Shown here: piece by piece, positions 14,903 to 28,432 of the stretch | How the letters are laid out: every line of letters starts with the position of its first letter | Numbering within the stretch: the first letter of the stretch is position 1 | Origin: Chrysomallon squamiferum | Lineage: Eukaryota > Animalia > Mollusca | Reading direction: 5' to 3' | Assembly (NCBI GenBank): GCA_012295275.1 | Contig: CM022670.1 | Span: 38,874,001-38,938,000 of the forward strand | Length of the DNA: 64,000 nt | The notes under the pieces: model-generated | Database searches by the model: none | Told to the model about the DNA's origin: nothing | Seen by the model: the letters and a program-made list of their open reading frames with translations, nothing else | Program-made: the position numbers and the translations under genes

Positions 14903-16235
14903 TATTATTATTATTATAAAAAAAAAAAAGAAATAAATAAGCATTACTGTCACTGACAAATTCTTTTATATTTTTATGTAACGTTTGTTGGTACACTCAG
15001 TGTCATTTAGGTCTGTTTTATAGAGGTTCACTGCAAATATTGCCAGAGTGTATTGACTGATCAGATGAACTTACTTGACATTTGTAAATCAACCTCGCAC
15101 CTGGTCAGGTTTAGTCAACCCCAGCCTGAATTTCTGTAACAAAGACTTGCAATCCATGGTTACATTCTGAGGGCTCTATGAGTACCCTGTTCCTAAAATG
15201 TCATACTGTTTTTTATGCTTCACAAATGACATATTAATTAGATTTTAACCTAAGCTCTGAGTGCTTTTGCTTTATTAGCACACACATAGATCAAAAAGAA
15301 AATAGAAAGGAGATAAGCAATATTTTATATACAGTATACGCAAACCTCTGAATAATAAACAGGTTTTTTTTTTTTTCTCTTCTGTGTGTAACTGTTAGAT
15401 TTCACGGATCAGTGAACAGCTATTGTGTCCTGTTGTGAGACAATCATCTTCTAACTTATTCTGGAGCTCTTTTTTGTATTTGCATAAATTTTTATAATCA
15501 AAATACTTTTTTTTTTTTTTTGTTGTAATGTTTGTGGCAGGCGACATAGGCCATGCAAAGAATTGTACACAGAGGAAAAGGGACTTTGGTAATTTCTCTC
15601 ATGTCTCGGTATCACGGAATCATTGCCTGTGTCGTGACAGGTAGAAAGACCGACCAGCACCACTTTAATTGCACTGCTAATACTGTGATATTATTGTTTC
15701 TAGATAAAACACTTTGATGACTTGTGGTTTAGGTTATATTTCAGTGTGAGAGGGGGCTAAGAGTAGCCAACACACACACACAATTTTTTTTTTTTTTTTT
15801 ACAAAAGTATCAGATCTGAAGTGTTTGGACAGATCAGTGTGACTGACAGGTTAAAAAGAGATAACGACGGTCTGTGATGGGTTAGTGTCAAAAATAAAAC
15901 CACCAGCTTGACCAATTTCTTCTGAAGAGGCCAAGTTGTTTATCAATAAAAAGGATGGAATATTTTCTACACAGTTCATTGTAGACCAATCATGTTTAGG
16001 CCATTGTCTTGTTAAATATGTTGGAATTATTTGTTGACTGCAGACTGATGAAATGTATGTTTGTTCTAGGTGTTGTAAGAAAATACGTTCCCTATGGGAA
16101 ACAACAAAGCAGTTTTGCACCAGTGGATATGAAATAAATATTGATACTGCTATTTATAATTTATTCCTACAAAGAGAAAAATGTAACATAGTAAGTACTT
16201 TAAAATGCTGTAAGAGTGGATAATGTTCGTAAAGA

Positions 16236-16354
16236 ATGTCCTTCCCAGATTATGTGGCCAAATTTCGGCAGAAAATGGTTGAAATTCGAACTCGTTTTCG
16301 TGATTCATCTCGCCTTGGTCTCTATAGTGATTACTGGTTGCCTCTAGCAACAAG
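16236..16354 (+). CDS. Gene 1 variable first coding exon V3 (MSFPDYVAKFRQKMVEIRTRFRDSSRLGLYSDYWLPLAT)
   Basis: ATG preceded by in-frame TAA; strong donor AAG/gtaagc; 119 nt = phase 2; CpG cluster. Confidence 0.7.
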
Positions 16355-17084
16355 GTAAGCCTTTTTAAAAATTATGTTAATAGATGAAATGTTCCTGTAC
16401 AAAATAAATGTATTTACAAATTTTCGAACAGAGAAATAGTTGCCATATTAATTCAAATTAAAAATATATATATGTTATTTTAAAAAAACGTTTTCTTCAT
16501 ATAATTTGTCATTCATAAGAATTTTGTTTTTTTGTTTTTTAAATTTATATGTGCCTGGCAAATGTTTATGTAGAAGAGGAAATATTATAGCATTAATATT
16601 AAACACACATAAATAAGCTACATTGCTGTAGTTCGTATGCATTACAGTCACACTTCAGTTGAGCTAAATGTAGCGTGTGTATTACCTTTTTTTTTTTAAT
16701 CATTACTTGCCAGACATAATGACATTGCAGTTCTAGTTACCTTTTATTTAATTCTTTTGTGTGCAATATTATTAGGTTTTGTTTTAGGAACAGTTAATAT
16801 ACATTTATTTTTCCTTGTTAAATTTGTTTTTTAGTTATCAACGAGCACCTAGTTATTTTCATAGTTTGTTTTGTTTTGGGTTCAGTTTTCTTACTCATAC
16901 CTGAAATATAGAAAAATAACTTTTTATTATTATTATTTACTTTTTTTTAATTTTTTTATTATTATTATTTTTAAAATCTTTTTTTCAAATTTAGTTTATA
17001 TCTAACAGACCTTAATGGAGACATTAAACATCCATTGAATAACAGTAAAGATATGAAATAGTTCATGGAGGGTACATTGTACAT

Positions 17085-17290
17085 TATAAGCCACTCTTAA
17101 TATACCAGACATTATCCAGCCATTCTTAACATACAGACATTATAGAGCCACTCTTAACATACAGACATTATTCAGCTACTCTTAACATAACTGTATGATG
17201 TCTATATATTAAAGTTAAGAATGGCAGTAAAATGTGTAGCTTGTTAAAAGTGACCGTATACTTCCTTGTATGTTAAAAGTAACTACAAGT
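17085..17290. repeat. ~29-31 bp tandem repeats followed by degenerate inverted copies (MITE/foldback-like)
   Basis: agccactcttaacatacagacattat-like unit x4 (17089-17190), then reverse-complement-like gttaagaatggc, gttaaaagtgac and tatgttaaaagtaact. Confidence 0.55.
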
Positions 17291-19435
17291 ATCCAAAACA
17301 TGTATTTTTTACTTACAGCTGATAGCTGTTACAGATTTTTAAAATTTATTATTTATTTCTTCTTCTTCTTAATTAATAAATTTATAAATATCAGTTTTAA
17401 TATTACATGTTTTCCCTAAAAAAAACATTATGATTAGCCTTTTTTTTTCACTTGTTCTAAAAAAAAAAAGAAAGAAAGAAAGAAAGAAAAATAAATGGGC
17501 TTCACGAGTCATAATGTTTGTTGCTAGCATATAATTTACTTACTTTTGCTTATAGCATCAATTCAGAAAACTAATGACTTTGTTTGTAAATAGTTGCAGC
17601 AGTATCATCATTTTTGTCAACCATAATTACCAGTTTTTTGTTCACATCACAGACACCAATATCTATCACTGACATATTTTCATTTCCTGTGTGAGTCTAG
17701 GTACAAATTACAATATAATTTTTAAGAGACAGTATTTGTTTGTTATATAATAGAAAGGTTGAATAATGTCCATTTACATAAATTATTGTGACTGAATATA
17801 ATATCTCTTGGTGAGGCTTTTAAAAGCAAAAGCAAGATATTAATTTTTAAAACTATATTATGGTAAGAATTTAAAATGTGTTTTAGTACTTATCCATGCT
17901 GGTTATATTAAAATAAATTGTGTTTGATTGGGTTATATGTGAGCTGATCATGTTTGTGTGTTTGTATCTGAAAAATGAGACACTATTGCCACTGTTCAGA
18001 TGGGAATCAAATGTGAAGTTTCTCCATATATATATATATTACAGATTTGATTTGAAAAAATATATACACACATGCACATGGATGTACACACACACACCCA
18101 CACACACACACATACTTACTAATTTAAGAGAAATCCACAAAATATAAAGTATATTATATTTAATTAATCAACAAAAAAAATTGATATGAAATCCATGTAA
18201 GCAAAATTGTGTTCTTTTGGCATTTCTTTCAGTGTTTCTTTTGACAGAAAAAGATTAAAGATTTGCCAGGGTCTCATACAATAAAGCCTCTATTTGTTGG
18301 ATCATGGGTTTTTTAGATGTGGCTATCATCAAGCACTTGATCTCAATTATTCAAAGGTTTGGCTATTGATTTCTGTGTCCAGTCGATTTGTGTCTATTGT
18401 TTAGTGCTGTGGCTGTTTAGGTTTAACCCAGAAGAATATAAGAAGCTTTCCATACCGTTAGTTGTACTAGAGTAACACATTAATAAAATAACTTTATTTC
18501 TGTTTCTTTCTGTCTTTTAAAAGATAAAATATTATTTTTGTTATATATGTTTATGTATTTTCTATATGTACAAACACACATAAACACACACACACATACA
18601 CACATATTGCTATATTTAAAAAAAAACTATTTGGGTTTATAAATGGTATCAGATTTTTTTTTCCCCAGGTGAAACAATGAAATATTGTATTACCTTGCCT
18701 CTGTGTGTCTGTGTGTTTGTGTGTGTTTTGTAAATTTAAAAATACTACATTACATACTAAAGATCCCAACTAAAATTTCTCTTCTGTGTCTTGAAGTTTT
18801 AGAGATTAGTGTAAGAACCTTAATTCATAATCTTAATTCTTTATCCCAGTGTTTATAACCATGGCTCCAGGAGGAGATCACGTTACAGTGACAACTCAAG
18901 TTGTTAAGCAGTTTCTAAAGTAAAAATACAAAATGATTTTCTTTTTGCCATTTTAGATGTTTTCCTTTATTAGTAAACTCACTTGCATTATACATGACAG
19001 GTTTATAAATTGAACTAACATGAAACTTGTGTTAATAAAGTTGATATAGTTGTTGTTGATGCTGCTGATTATTGTAATGGCTGACATTTTTACAAAGCCA
19101 GGCTATTGTAAAAGGTTAATTTCTGTAGAATATTTCATTCCTGTATAAACTTGTCACTCTAATAAAAACACATTTGCATTATTTCCAGAATGCTGAAAAG
19201 AAATGCAAATGTCTGTTCAGATACTCAGTTCTCCAGCTCAACATTTTTCTCCAAGTCTCTTGTTCACTAATGACTTCAGTGCATGTAAATAGAAATTTAT
19301 CACAGACTACTCATTTGACATGTATTTGTTCTTTATCATGGTGACTGGGTACCAAATTGATATAAAATTAATGAGTAAATTTTGGTGTACATCGCCATGA
19401 AAAACATGTACTAGCTTATGGTAAAAAGATTAAAA

Positions 19436-19475
<40 letters not shown>

Positions 19476-19591
19476 AGTGATTTTCTTAAACATTACAGTT
19501 TTTAAATGCTGTTTATTAATTACCTTCCATTGTACAGACAGGTCAGCTCTGAAAGTCAAAATTCATGTTACTAGAGAGAACAGTTCATTAG

Positions 19592-19671
19592 ATGAAGTGG
19601 CTTTTTTTACTTCTAGTTATTGTGAACAGCGCAAGAACTCATGATCATCAAGTTGTTTGCATTAGCAACAG
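19592..19671 (+). CDS. Gene 1 variable first coding exon V4, signal-peptide-like (MKWLFLLLVIVNSARTHDHQVVCISN)
   Basis: Basic n-region, hydrophobic core WLFLLLVIV, small-residue c-region; donor CAG/gtattt; 80 nt = phase 2. Confidence 0.55.
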
Positions 19672-21007
19672 GTATTTGACAGACATCCTAAAGCACAGCT
19701 ATTTATTAAAAATCACTCACATTTTTTCTTCATTGCAAATCTAATTCAGTTACTGAGGAATGCATTGTGTAAAGAAGTCCAAGGACTATATTAAATTACA
19801 GTTTCATGTGACGATTTGACTCCATGCTGATATTCTCTTCATGGATTACTCATCAAGAATTTAATTTAGACTTAGGAGTATTTCAACCACATTTGTGATG
19901 TCGAATTAAATCTTGCTAATAATATCTACTCTCTTATTCTGATACAATGGAGAACATGTTGTTCATTTTGTGAGCACAAAGCAAATCACAGAATTAAATA
20001 TAAGTCAGGCTGATTGAATCATAATTCAGAATTTATTTCAAAGCAGCTGAAAAGATTAGAAAACTAGCTAGTGATTTTTTTTTTTTTCCATTACATAATT
20101 TGAACATTTCTTCTTAGCAAGTTTTCTAAGCCTTGTGAACAATGCAATTCATAATGAATATTGAGTTCGTCAAGAAATATAACTTAAGCTGATTATAACA
20201 CAAAAAAAAAAAATCATTGCTAGGCAGTTTTTAGCCACATCACTGTTGATCTCAGTTTGATTAGTTTGATTACAGCCACCCAGCATACTAATTCAGCATA
20301 CCAAAGTTCTCATAGCTGGTTAACACATCTTTCTGGATTACATTGAACTCGATTGATCAATGTCTGTCTGATTGCTTTTTGGAGATAACTGCATTATTAA
20401 TACTACATCTGACATTCGTTTTCCAACCTTAATCATTCGTTTTAATTTTACCAAAAGTACTTCTTATCTTTTTCTTTCCGTTGGCTAAACAGAAATCTTT
20501 TTGTGTTTTGTTTGGAGTATTTTGGAAGTGGTGATTGAGGGTTCTAACCCCTAATTTACAATTACTAAACTGTATGTGACAATTTGTATGGCATTTCAAC
20601 TCGTGTCAATATTTGCTCGTGTCAGGAAAATTTCAAAGACATTATTGCTGTCATGGAGTTGATGGTGTATATTAAAGGGGTGGCTCTGGCATTTGAAGGA
20701 GACTTCTTTGCCATCGATGTTACAATGTTCAAGTGGATATCATAAATTTCTGCAGTTCAAGTACTTGCAAACTGCTTATATTACAGTCTCTTATGAAGCT
20801 ATAAACTTATTAGTTTGGGATTCTTGTTGATAACAATTTCATAATCACGTATGTTGATTTCTTTTTTAATCAAACAAATTTTAATAATTTTTAAAAATAT
20901 TTTTAAAAATATTATGAATTGAAGAGAATGTGGAAATGTCAAAAATAAAAGACTGACCAAATATTCCACCATCAATGTTACCACATACAGTTATCTACAG
21001 ATGTGTT

Positions 21008-21093
21008 ATGGTGCCTTATGATAGTTTGAAGCTACGTTTTCGTGAAACTCCAACCAAGGACTTGTTCAGTCTTCAACTGACATGTAATAAAAG
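21008..21093 (+). CDS. Gene 1 variable coding exon V5 (MVPYDSLKLRFRETPTKDLFSLQLTCNK)
   Basis: Acceptor tatctacag ending at 21000, ATG at 21008, donor AAG/gtttga, 86 nt = phase 2. Confidence 0.5.
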
Positions 21094-21130
21094 GTTTGAA
21101 ATATCTACTAATTAAGTTATTATTAGAATT

Positions 21131-21188
<58 letters not shown>

Positions 21189-22374
21189 TATTATTATTTT
21201 GGTTATTAATTATATTATAAAATAGATAGATGCCGTTATGGAAAGGTGAGTTTTATAATTATTGTCTAGAAATTAATTTTATTTTAATAAGTAATAAGTA
21301 ATTAATAATTCATGGCTCAACATTAAATATATACTTTGAACCATTAACAGAAAATCAGGTAACTCTAACAGAAGCAGGTTAACTGAAAACAAACTAGAGT
21401 GTGCTTTTCTGACTCTTGAATAAAACCAGGAATTTACTATTTTGTTCATGAATTTTAGATTTATTTCTTCAGTTATTTTTGGTTTATTTTTATTTATATT
21501 TATTTTCAAACATATATATTACCACATAAAAGTTTTATGATGTCATTAAAGTGGAAGAATATTTATTTTTAATTTTTCAAATTCTGTTCTTAGCAGTCAA
21601 CATCATTAGTCAGAAGTCAAAAATGGTATAAATATTCTACTTTTGACAGACTTGTTTTATATAATGTGTATGTCAGCATGCTCTTGTCTCAGTATGTTAA
21701 TGATATATATATAGGGTTCAAATAAAGAGGTGACATGGGCAAAATACTCACCATGTTGTACTAAACTTCACCTTTCTTTTAACTCATGACACAGTTCAAA
21801 GTCACCTTCAGTCTTTTTTTATTTTTTAAATTCAGTACATTTTGCTCCATTTTGTCCAGTTATCAGGTGAACACAATTTTGCAGACTTCCATTATTTCTC
21901 TCAAATTATATTTTTTGGGTAATCAACTGGATGAATGAATAGCTGCAAAAATGCATTGTTGTACTGTTGTGATCAGAGGTTGACAGTAAACACAGTTCTT
22001 TTAAACTTGTATACAAATTAAATTAATTGAGATGGACATGATAAATGATTGTATGAAATAATGTGTACAGTAAAAATGATAAAATTAACAAACCAGAGTA
22101 AGCAGAGGTCCAAGACTTGAGAAAGCAGGCTGCAAGTAATCATGAAGAAATCTAAGAATAAAACATCTGATAAATAATTTTATCACTTATGGCATGAGTC
22201 TGTATAAAATATTTTGTTAAAGATGTTTATTTTTATGTTTGTGATAATCCCGTGATTATTGTCCTTACAAAAATCTCACTTCATGTAATGTATGGTCCTG
22301 TGATTGAATATTGAATATTGATATATATTTTTAAAATTTTATTATTTTGTTTCAGTTTTATTTTGTTTTTAGTG

Positions 22375-22407
<33 letters not shown>

Positions 22408-24519
22408 TATTATTTATTTTATTTTTTTTGCATAGTTTATTTGGTTAACTAAAGACAATAAATGAATAAAAAATAAAAGGAGTTAAATAAGTATATATAT
22501 ATGTAACACAAAACCGAAAATCTGATCAATAATAACAAAAGCTTAATGCTTTGATTCTTCTTATCTTGAAATTGTTTTCTGTGAAGAAGCCAGTAAACGG
22601 AAAATATATATCTTTTCTTAACTGATTTACGATTCTATGTATTTCCTATAGGAGTGCTTGTGGGTTTTTTTACTTATTTATAAAAAATGTTAACTTACTA
22701 CACAAAAATGGAAAAAGTTAGTGTTCCAAAGTTAAAATATATTTGTTAAGTTATACTGTACAAAGATATGACTGGAAGGTTGCATCCTTTGATGAAATTT
22801 GTAAAGGAAATCAAAGCTTTAATAATATTTATTGCTAAGTGCATGCCTTATACTGAATCCAATTATTATTATTATTATTTTATTTTATTTTTTAAATTAG
22901 GAATTCATCATGTGTTTTGAAAGATAAGCATATAAACTGTATATTTTTAACACTGAAACATGTCCAACTTGAAAAATTATTCATGAAAAAAAAGACGGGG
23001 AAAAAAAAAAAAAGAAATAGATCCTGTTATAGTCCTTTTCAGTCACTAATGGTATAGGAAAAGTCAAAGTACGACACTAGAGGCCATTTAAAAAGTTAAA
23101 GAAGTTAAGACGACTTTTGCAACATGAATTAAGTGTTTTGAAGGGTAAAAATGATTGGCCATTGATTGCTCAGTCTGATTTGAATTTTTGCTTTCAGCAC
23201 TGTTTATATATAATTTTAAATAGATATATTAAATTGATTTACTTACTCAGCATTATAAATATTTGAATCATCTAATCTAACTTGAATGTCTTACTGTGAT
23301 TTTCTAAAAACCAACTTAAAACTATTACTTTATAAAGAAAATGTTGTTTTTTTTTTTGGTTTCTCTGATATATATTATTTACAGGTTTAAGAAACAAATA
23401 ACATTGTTCTTCATATTATAAAATATTAAGATATTTTAGAAAATATCATAATCTTAATCTTATATTTCTATTTTACCTGCCAAGAAACATCAAAATAAAT
23501 TATTTTCTGTGATCACACAATTTTAAAATATATATATTTTAATATGATAATAATCATGGAAATATTTTACAAAAACATCCACACAAAAACATTTATCTGG
23601 GATATAAATAGCACATATAAGATTAAAAAATAAAAATAAAATTAAAAAGGAAGAAGAAAAATCTAGCAAGTTTAAACAAAAGAAAGACTTTCTTAGTGCA
23701 TAGTAATTATTATTGTCATAATTAGGATAACAACCATAATTAAAAACCTAAAAAAAAAAAAACAACAAAAAAAGCAAAAACCTACTCTATCTGATCATCT
23801 AGTTCCAACCCAAACATTTATATAACAAAATTGTTCAAAGTATTATTCTTACAACAGATTAAGAATATCAGTGGTTGTCTACAGGTTTGTTACAGAATTA
23901 TTTATTTTTCTATTAATATAGACAGGATTGACAAAGGTTTATTGTTAGATGAACTTAACAGTTGTCTATCAACTGTTTACTGAGGGAAATTTAGAGAAAA
24001 ACAACATGTGAAAATGTGCCTAACAGCAGAATAGACAAGCCCTACCACGATTTAAGTAGGCTATTGAAATGGTAAAATCTTCTTTATGGAAATCATTCGG
24101 CTTGCTGAGTTATTGCTGGCTGTCACAGAACTGTCCCACTGATATTAAAAACTGTTTTGTCTGATTCAAAACACTTTCTTTTTTTATAGCTGTCATGAGA
24201 GAAGTAAATATTATAGAATTAATCTATCGAAATATGCATTGTTTGAAGCAAACTGGTTTTTTGAGACTGAGTCTGTGTTTTGTTACAATGACATAATTTA
24301 TTAGTGCAGTGGTGTTTGCTCTCCTTTACGCCACAGCTGAGGTTACAAATGACAAAAAATGTGTGTTAGCTGAACTACAATGTCTGAAGGCAAAAAAAAC
24401 TCGGCTTGCCCATGATATCAAACTTTGTATCTTCATCTCGTCTCAAGGAATACGATTTATTAACGCATTTTGATTAGACATTCTTTTTTTGCCGAGAGGC
24501 TCATTACCATAATGACGTT

Positions 24520-24776
24520 ATGGTATTGGCAGCAGTTGCTTTAATCATGCTTCCCAGTTTCGGTGTGAGAGAAAGACAGCTAGCAATTCTAGAAACACTT
24601 TCTCGAATTTGTGGCCGACGTTCAGAAGACTGCTCTGTAACGTGTTCTTGTCGCCTTCCTAATTCTAAATACTGTATTTTGCGAGAAGCAGAATTAAAGG
24701 AGGCAGAGTTATTACTTGAGAAAAAAGATAAACACAGAATATGGGCTCCTCTGAAGATAGAGAGACCAGGCATTGT
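24520..24776 (+). CDS. Gene 1 variable first coding exon V6 (MVLAAVALIMLPSFG...KIERPGI)
   Basis: 85-codon ORF with hydrophobic N-terminus and Cys cluster; donor TGT/gtgagt lies just before the stop; 257 nt = phase 2. Confidence 0.7.
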
Positions 24777-27122
24777 GTGAGTATGAAGTATTTCTAAATT
24801 TATTAAAATGTTTTTCAGCAATGAATGATCTGCTTATACATAAATTATACTTGTAGAGGGTGTTTTGTGATTCATTTGCAGGTGTCTGAGATATTAAATC
24901 ATGGACTGCTTTCTTCTGGTTTATTTGATTTGAATAAATAAACACTAATATTAAAATGATCTGTGTAGTGAAATATAATATAATTTGTTTGTGCTGTTGT
25001 TGTAAAAACAGAATTATCATAATGAATTTTTTCTGATACATGTTTCTTTTATTTTTTTCACTTACGAATATTTCTCTGATATACATTTCTTTTATTTTTT
25101 CACATATCATCCATCAAAAAAACACATTTTTTACATTGTTGTGTTCACACAAACAACCCACACATATATACACACACATGCACAAGACAAAAACACATAT
25201 ATATGTACAGAATAACAACAAAAAGAAAACAAAAAAATACCAGTAGGGAAAATAAATGTATGTTTGTTTTTCATTTATTGCCTGGATAGATAAGCAGAGA
25301 ATTTTTAAATGGCTGATACATGTTCTATCTTGTACAGATTAATTTCTTCATATACCAGCCATTGCAGATAAACATTTTATTAATTTTACATTGCTTTGAA
25401 GACTATTTCTGAAAAATCAGTTGACTTTTATTATCATTACTATTATTTATTTATTTTTTTTTTTTGGTATATTAATGAAATATTAATGGCAGTTGAAAAT
25501 ATATAATTTTTTTTTTTTTTTAATTGAATAATAATACCTGAATACATTATTTAATATTTTCAAAATGTCTCTCAAGATGTAGGTAAATCTGAAAATGCAA
25601 CACTTTTCTCTGAATTATATTGTCATGTATTTTTTGTTTTGTTTTGTTTAACATTCATCTGCATATTAATATCATGTGTATTCCAATGTAAATGAGGTAG
25701 AAAGTAAAAATAAAAATAAAAATAAAAGCTATAAATAAAAATAACAAAAACAATTTAATAAAAAACCCACTTAATTTAATTTGATTTTTGTAAATTTCCT
25801 TTTATGCAGTAATTATTAATTTTTAATGTAAAATTGTATCAAAACAAGAATACAGTAATAATAATAATTAAAACAAACATGTAAAAATATAGTTATCTGC
25901 TTTGAAACATTTTAGTTTGATTTTTCCATTTTAATACAATCCGATTTATTTAATATGTTGTAAATATTTCTAAAATTAATACCAGTACAAAAACAAAACA
26001 AAAAATAATAATAATTAAATTGCTGAAAAATCAATGCACATCTTTTACAAACCCTATTATTATTATTATTTTTTTTTTTTTAACTAATTTTATTATTAGT
26101 TTTTAGATAATATATTATAAGATAGTTTTAAAACTGCACATATCCAATAATTTTAATGATATTTATTACTTTTTTTTAACATACAGGTGTCTAAAATTAA
26201 ATGATTTTAGATTCACTCAATGTTTTTATTATTATTATTATTATTACTATTATTTTTTTTTTTATGTTTTGCACTTCAAGAAAAAAAAATAATGTAAACG
26301 AAAAAAATTCACCGTTATTATTGTGATAAAAAATAAATAAAAAATAATAATAATAATAATATCCAGTATTAAACAAAATTGCTTATTAAAAATAATTTAG
26401 CTTTAGATTTCATATTGATTATTTAAAAAAAAAAGAAAGAAAATAATGCAGTACGCTGATTCAAAGCAAAACGTATCATGTTGTCAGTAAACACTGTGCA
26501 GCAGACGTGACTTTGGGTGAACAGAGAACTTGTCACTAATAAATGGGCAAGGGGAGCTGTCTGCTGAGTGAAAGACATGTTTTATTACTTTCTGAACAAA
26601 CACAAGGACATAAAAAGTTTAGCTTTCAGAATAATGCACGCATTGATAATCTTTCCCCAGAGCATTAGTAGTGTTTATAAGTAAGGCTTGAAGATTGTTT
26701 AAAAAAAAAAAAAAAATTACTTAGCTTTACAATTGGTCGAAAATTCCTAATCCTAATTCTCTCACTTATATTTGATTACACTGTGCTGAAAGAAATTGCT
26801 TTATAATCCTTTACATGAAAACATTTTCAACGCTAAAGTGAAATTATCTGGTTGTGATATGCTGAACAGTTTTTTGAGACATTTTGACATGAGCACAGAA
26901 ACGAGTGTGAAAAGCAAGTGGACAGTTTTGTATGAGTTTAGAAAACTGTTGATTGGATCATTGAACAGCTTGTAACTAATGAAAAATGTTGGCAGAAGAT
27001 TACTATTAACAGATAACATGTAATGTTACATAAGTTTTGGTTCCAACAACATTCCAGCTGCAGTTAAACTGCTGTAGCACTTTTTGACAGAACTCTGCTT
27101 AAAATGGATTACATTTTTCACA

Positions 27123-27304
27123 ATGGTGCCTTCCAATACAGTTGTTATGTACTCAATAAATCGATCTAAATCCTTCAGTGGGACAGTGAGAAATTCTTCT
27201 CTAAGGAAAATATATGGCAACAGATGTTCATATACGTTATTAGGCGAAACCAAATATTTGTCTTTCAAGGGCCGTCCAAGCACAACTGGTTATGGAATCA
27301 AGAG
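27123..27304 (+). CDS. Gene 1 variable first coding exon V7 (MVPSNTVVMYSINRSKSFSG...GYGIK)
   Basis: ACAATGG start context; basic Ser/Arg-rich peptide; donor GAG/gtactg; 182 nt = phase 2. Confidence 0.6.
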
Positions 27305-28334
27305 GTACTGTTAATTTATTATACATGAATTAGGTTTGGATTTGTTTGATTTTTAACATACAATCTAGAAATGAATCAGATAAACAGAGGGTTATTAAAA
27401 ACACTTCTATAATTGTATATTTAGAGTTTTGCTTTTTAGCATTTTCATAAAATATGTGATATTGTTACAGCCTTTAGTTGCATAATGTTGTTAGCACTGG
27501 TCAAATAGGGCCTCAAAAGTTTTCCATACTTTTGGGCCTCACTACCTTTAAATCTGGCACTGCAGGAATGTACATACAAAAATAAAGCAAAAAGTATTAT
27601 ATATTTTCATTATTTAATCACAAACCTATTTATTATTTATTTATTTTTAAATGTATAACAGTTACTGAAGATATGATTTGTTGTGCAGATACATGTATTG
27701 TACAGCCCGAGATATGGGCAGATTAGGAAAGGCGTTGCCATCTTTATCGTGCATATAATTTGCAGGAAGAAATTATATGCATAATATGGGGGGGGGTGAG
27801 GCTTAAATAAATAAATAAATAAATAAAAATAAATGAAATATAATAAATATATAATGGATAATTCTGGCACCCCATTTGATTTGCATTTGCTGACGCAATA
27901 AACAGACTATTGTTAAAGTAATTTTATTAATTTATACAGTCACTTAAGAAATACATCTCACGATAAGCATTCATTCAGTGACATGAAAGCCACACAAAGC
28001 TTGCTAATCTGTGCTGTCTTGGCCTGCTCTTTCACAACATTAATAAGATATGTATCAATCTGAACGTTGTATTGATTGAACGTCTACAGCACGATTGATA
28101 ATAAATCACCGTGAGTTGTTTCCCTTCCTGACCCCGTTTCCACAGTCGTGGTAAACAAAAGTGACAACAAGAAATTTGATTCCGCTGGCTTTCGCTGGTA
28201 ATAATAACCAGATGCAGAGTTTGACCTCTCCACCTGTACACAAAGATGTTTCACTGTGCTTACAGTGTCTTGTTGGCTTAACCTGCCAACAGGTCGCGCT
28301 CTCCCGTCAAACAGCTTAACTGTCATGTTCTGTC

Positions 28335-28432
28335 ATGCAAACCAAATCAAAGAAGAGGGTTTTTATCTACCCAGATCTACCTTGGGTGGCGAAGAGCCCT
28401 TCCTCAAAGTGTATAGGAGACAGGTTTTGTGA
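28335..28432 (+). CDS. Gene 1 variable first coding exon V8 (MQTKSKKRVFIYPDLPWVAKSPSSKCIGDRFC)
   Basis: ATG after in-frame TAA at 28317; consensus donor GA/gtaagt; 98 nt = phase 2; CpG-rich leader at 28080-28320. Confidence 0.65.

Noticed and set aside
15553-15640. ATG ORF ending at CAG/gtagaa
   Set aside because: Phase 1; more likely an untranslated leader upstream of V3.
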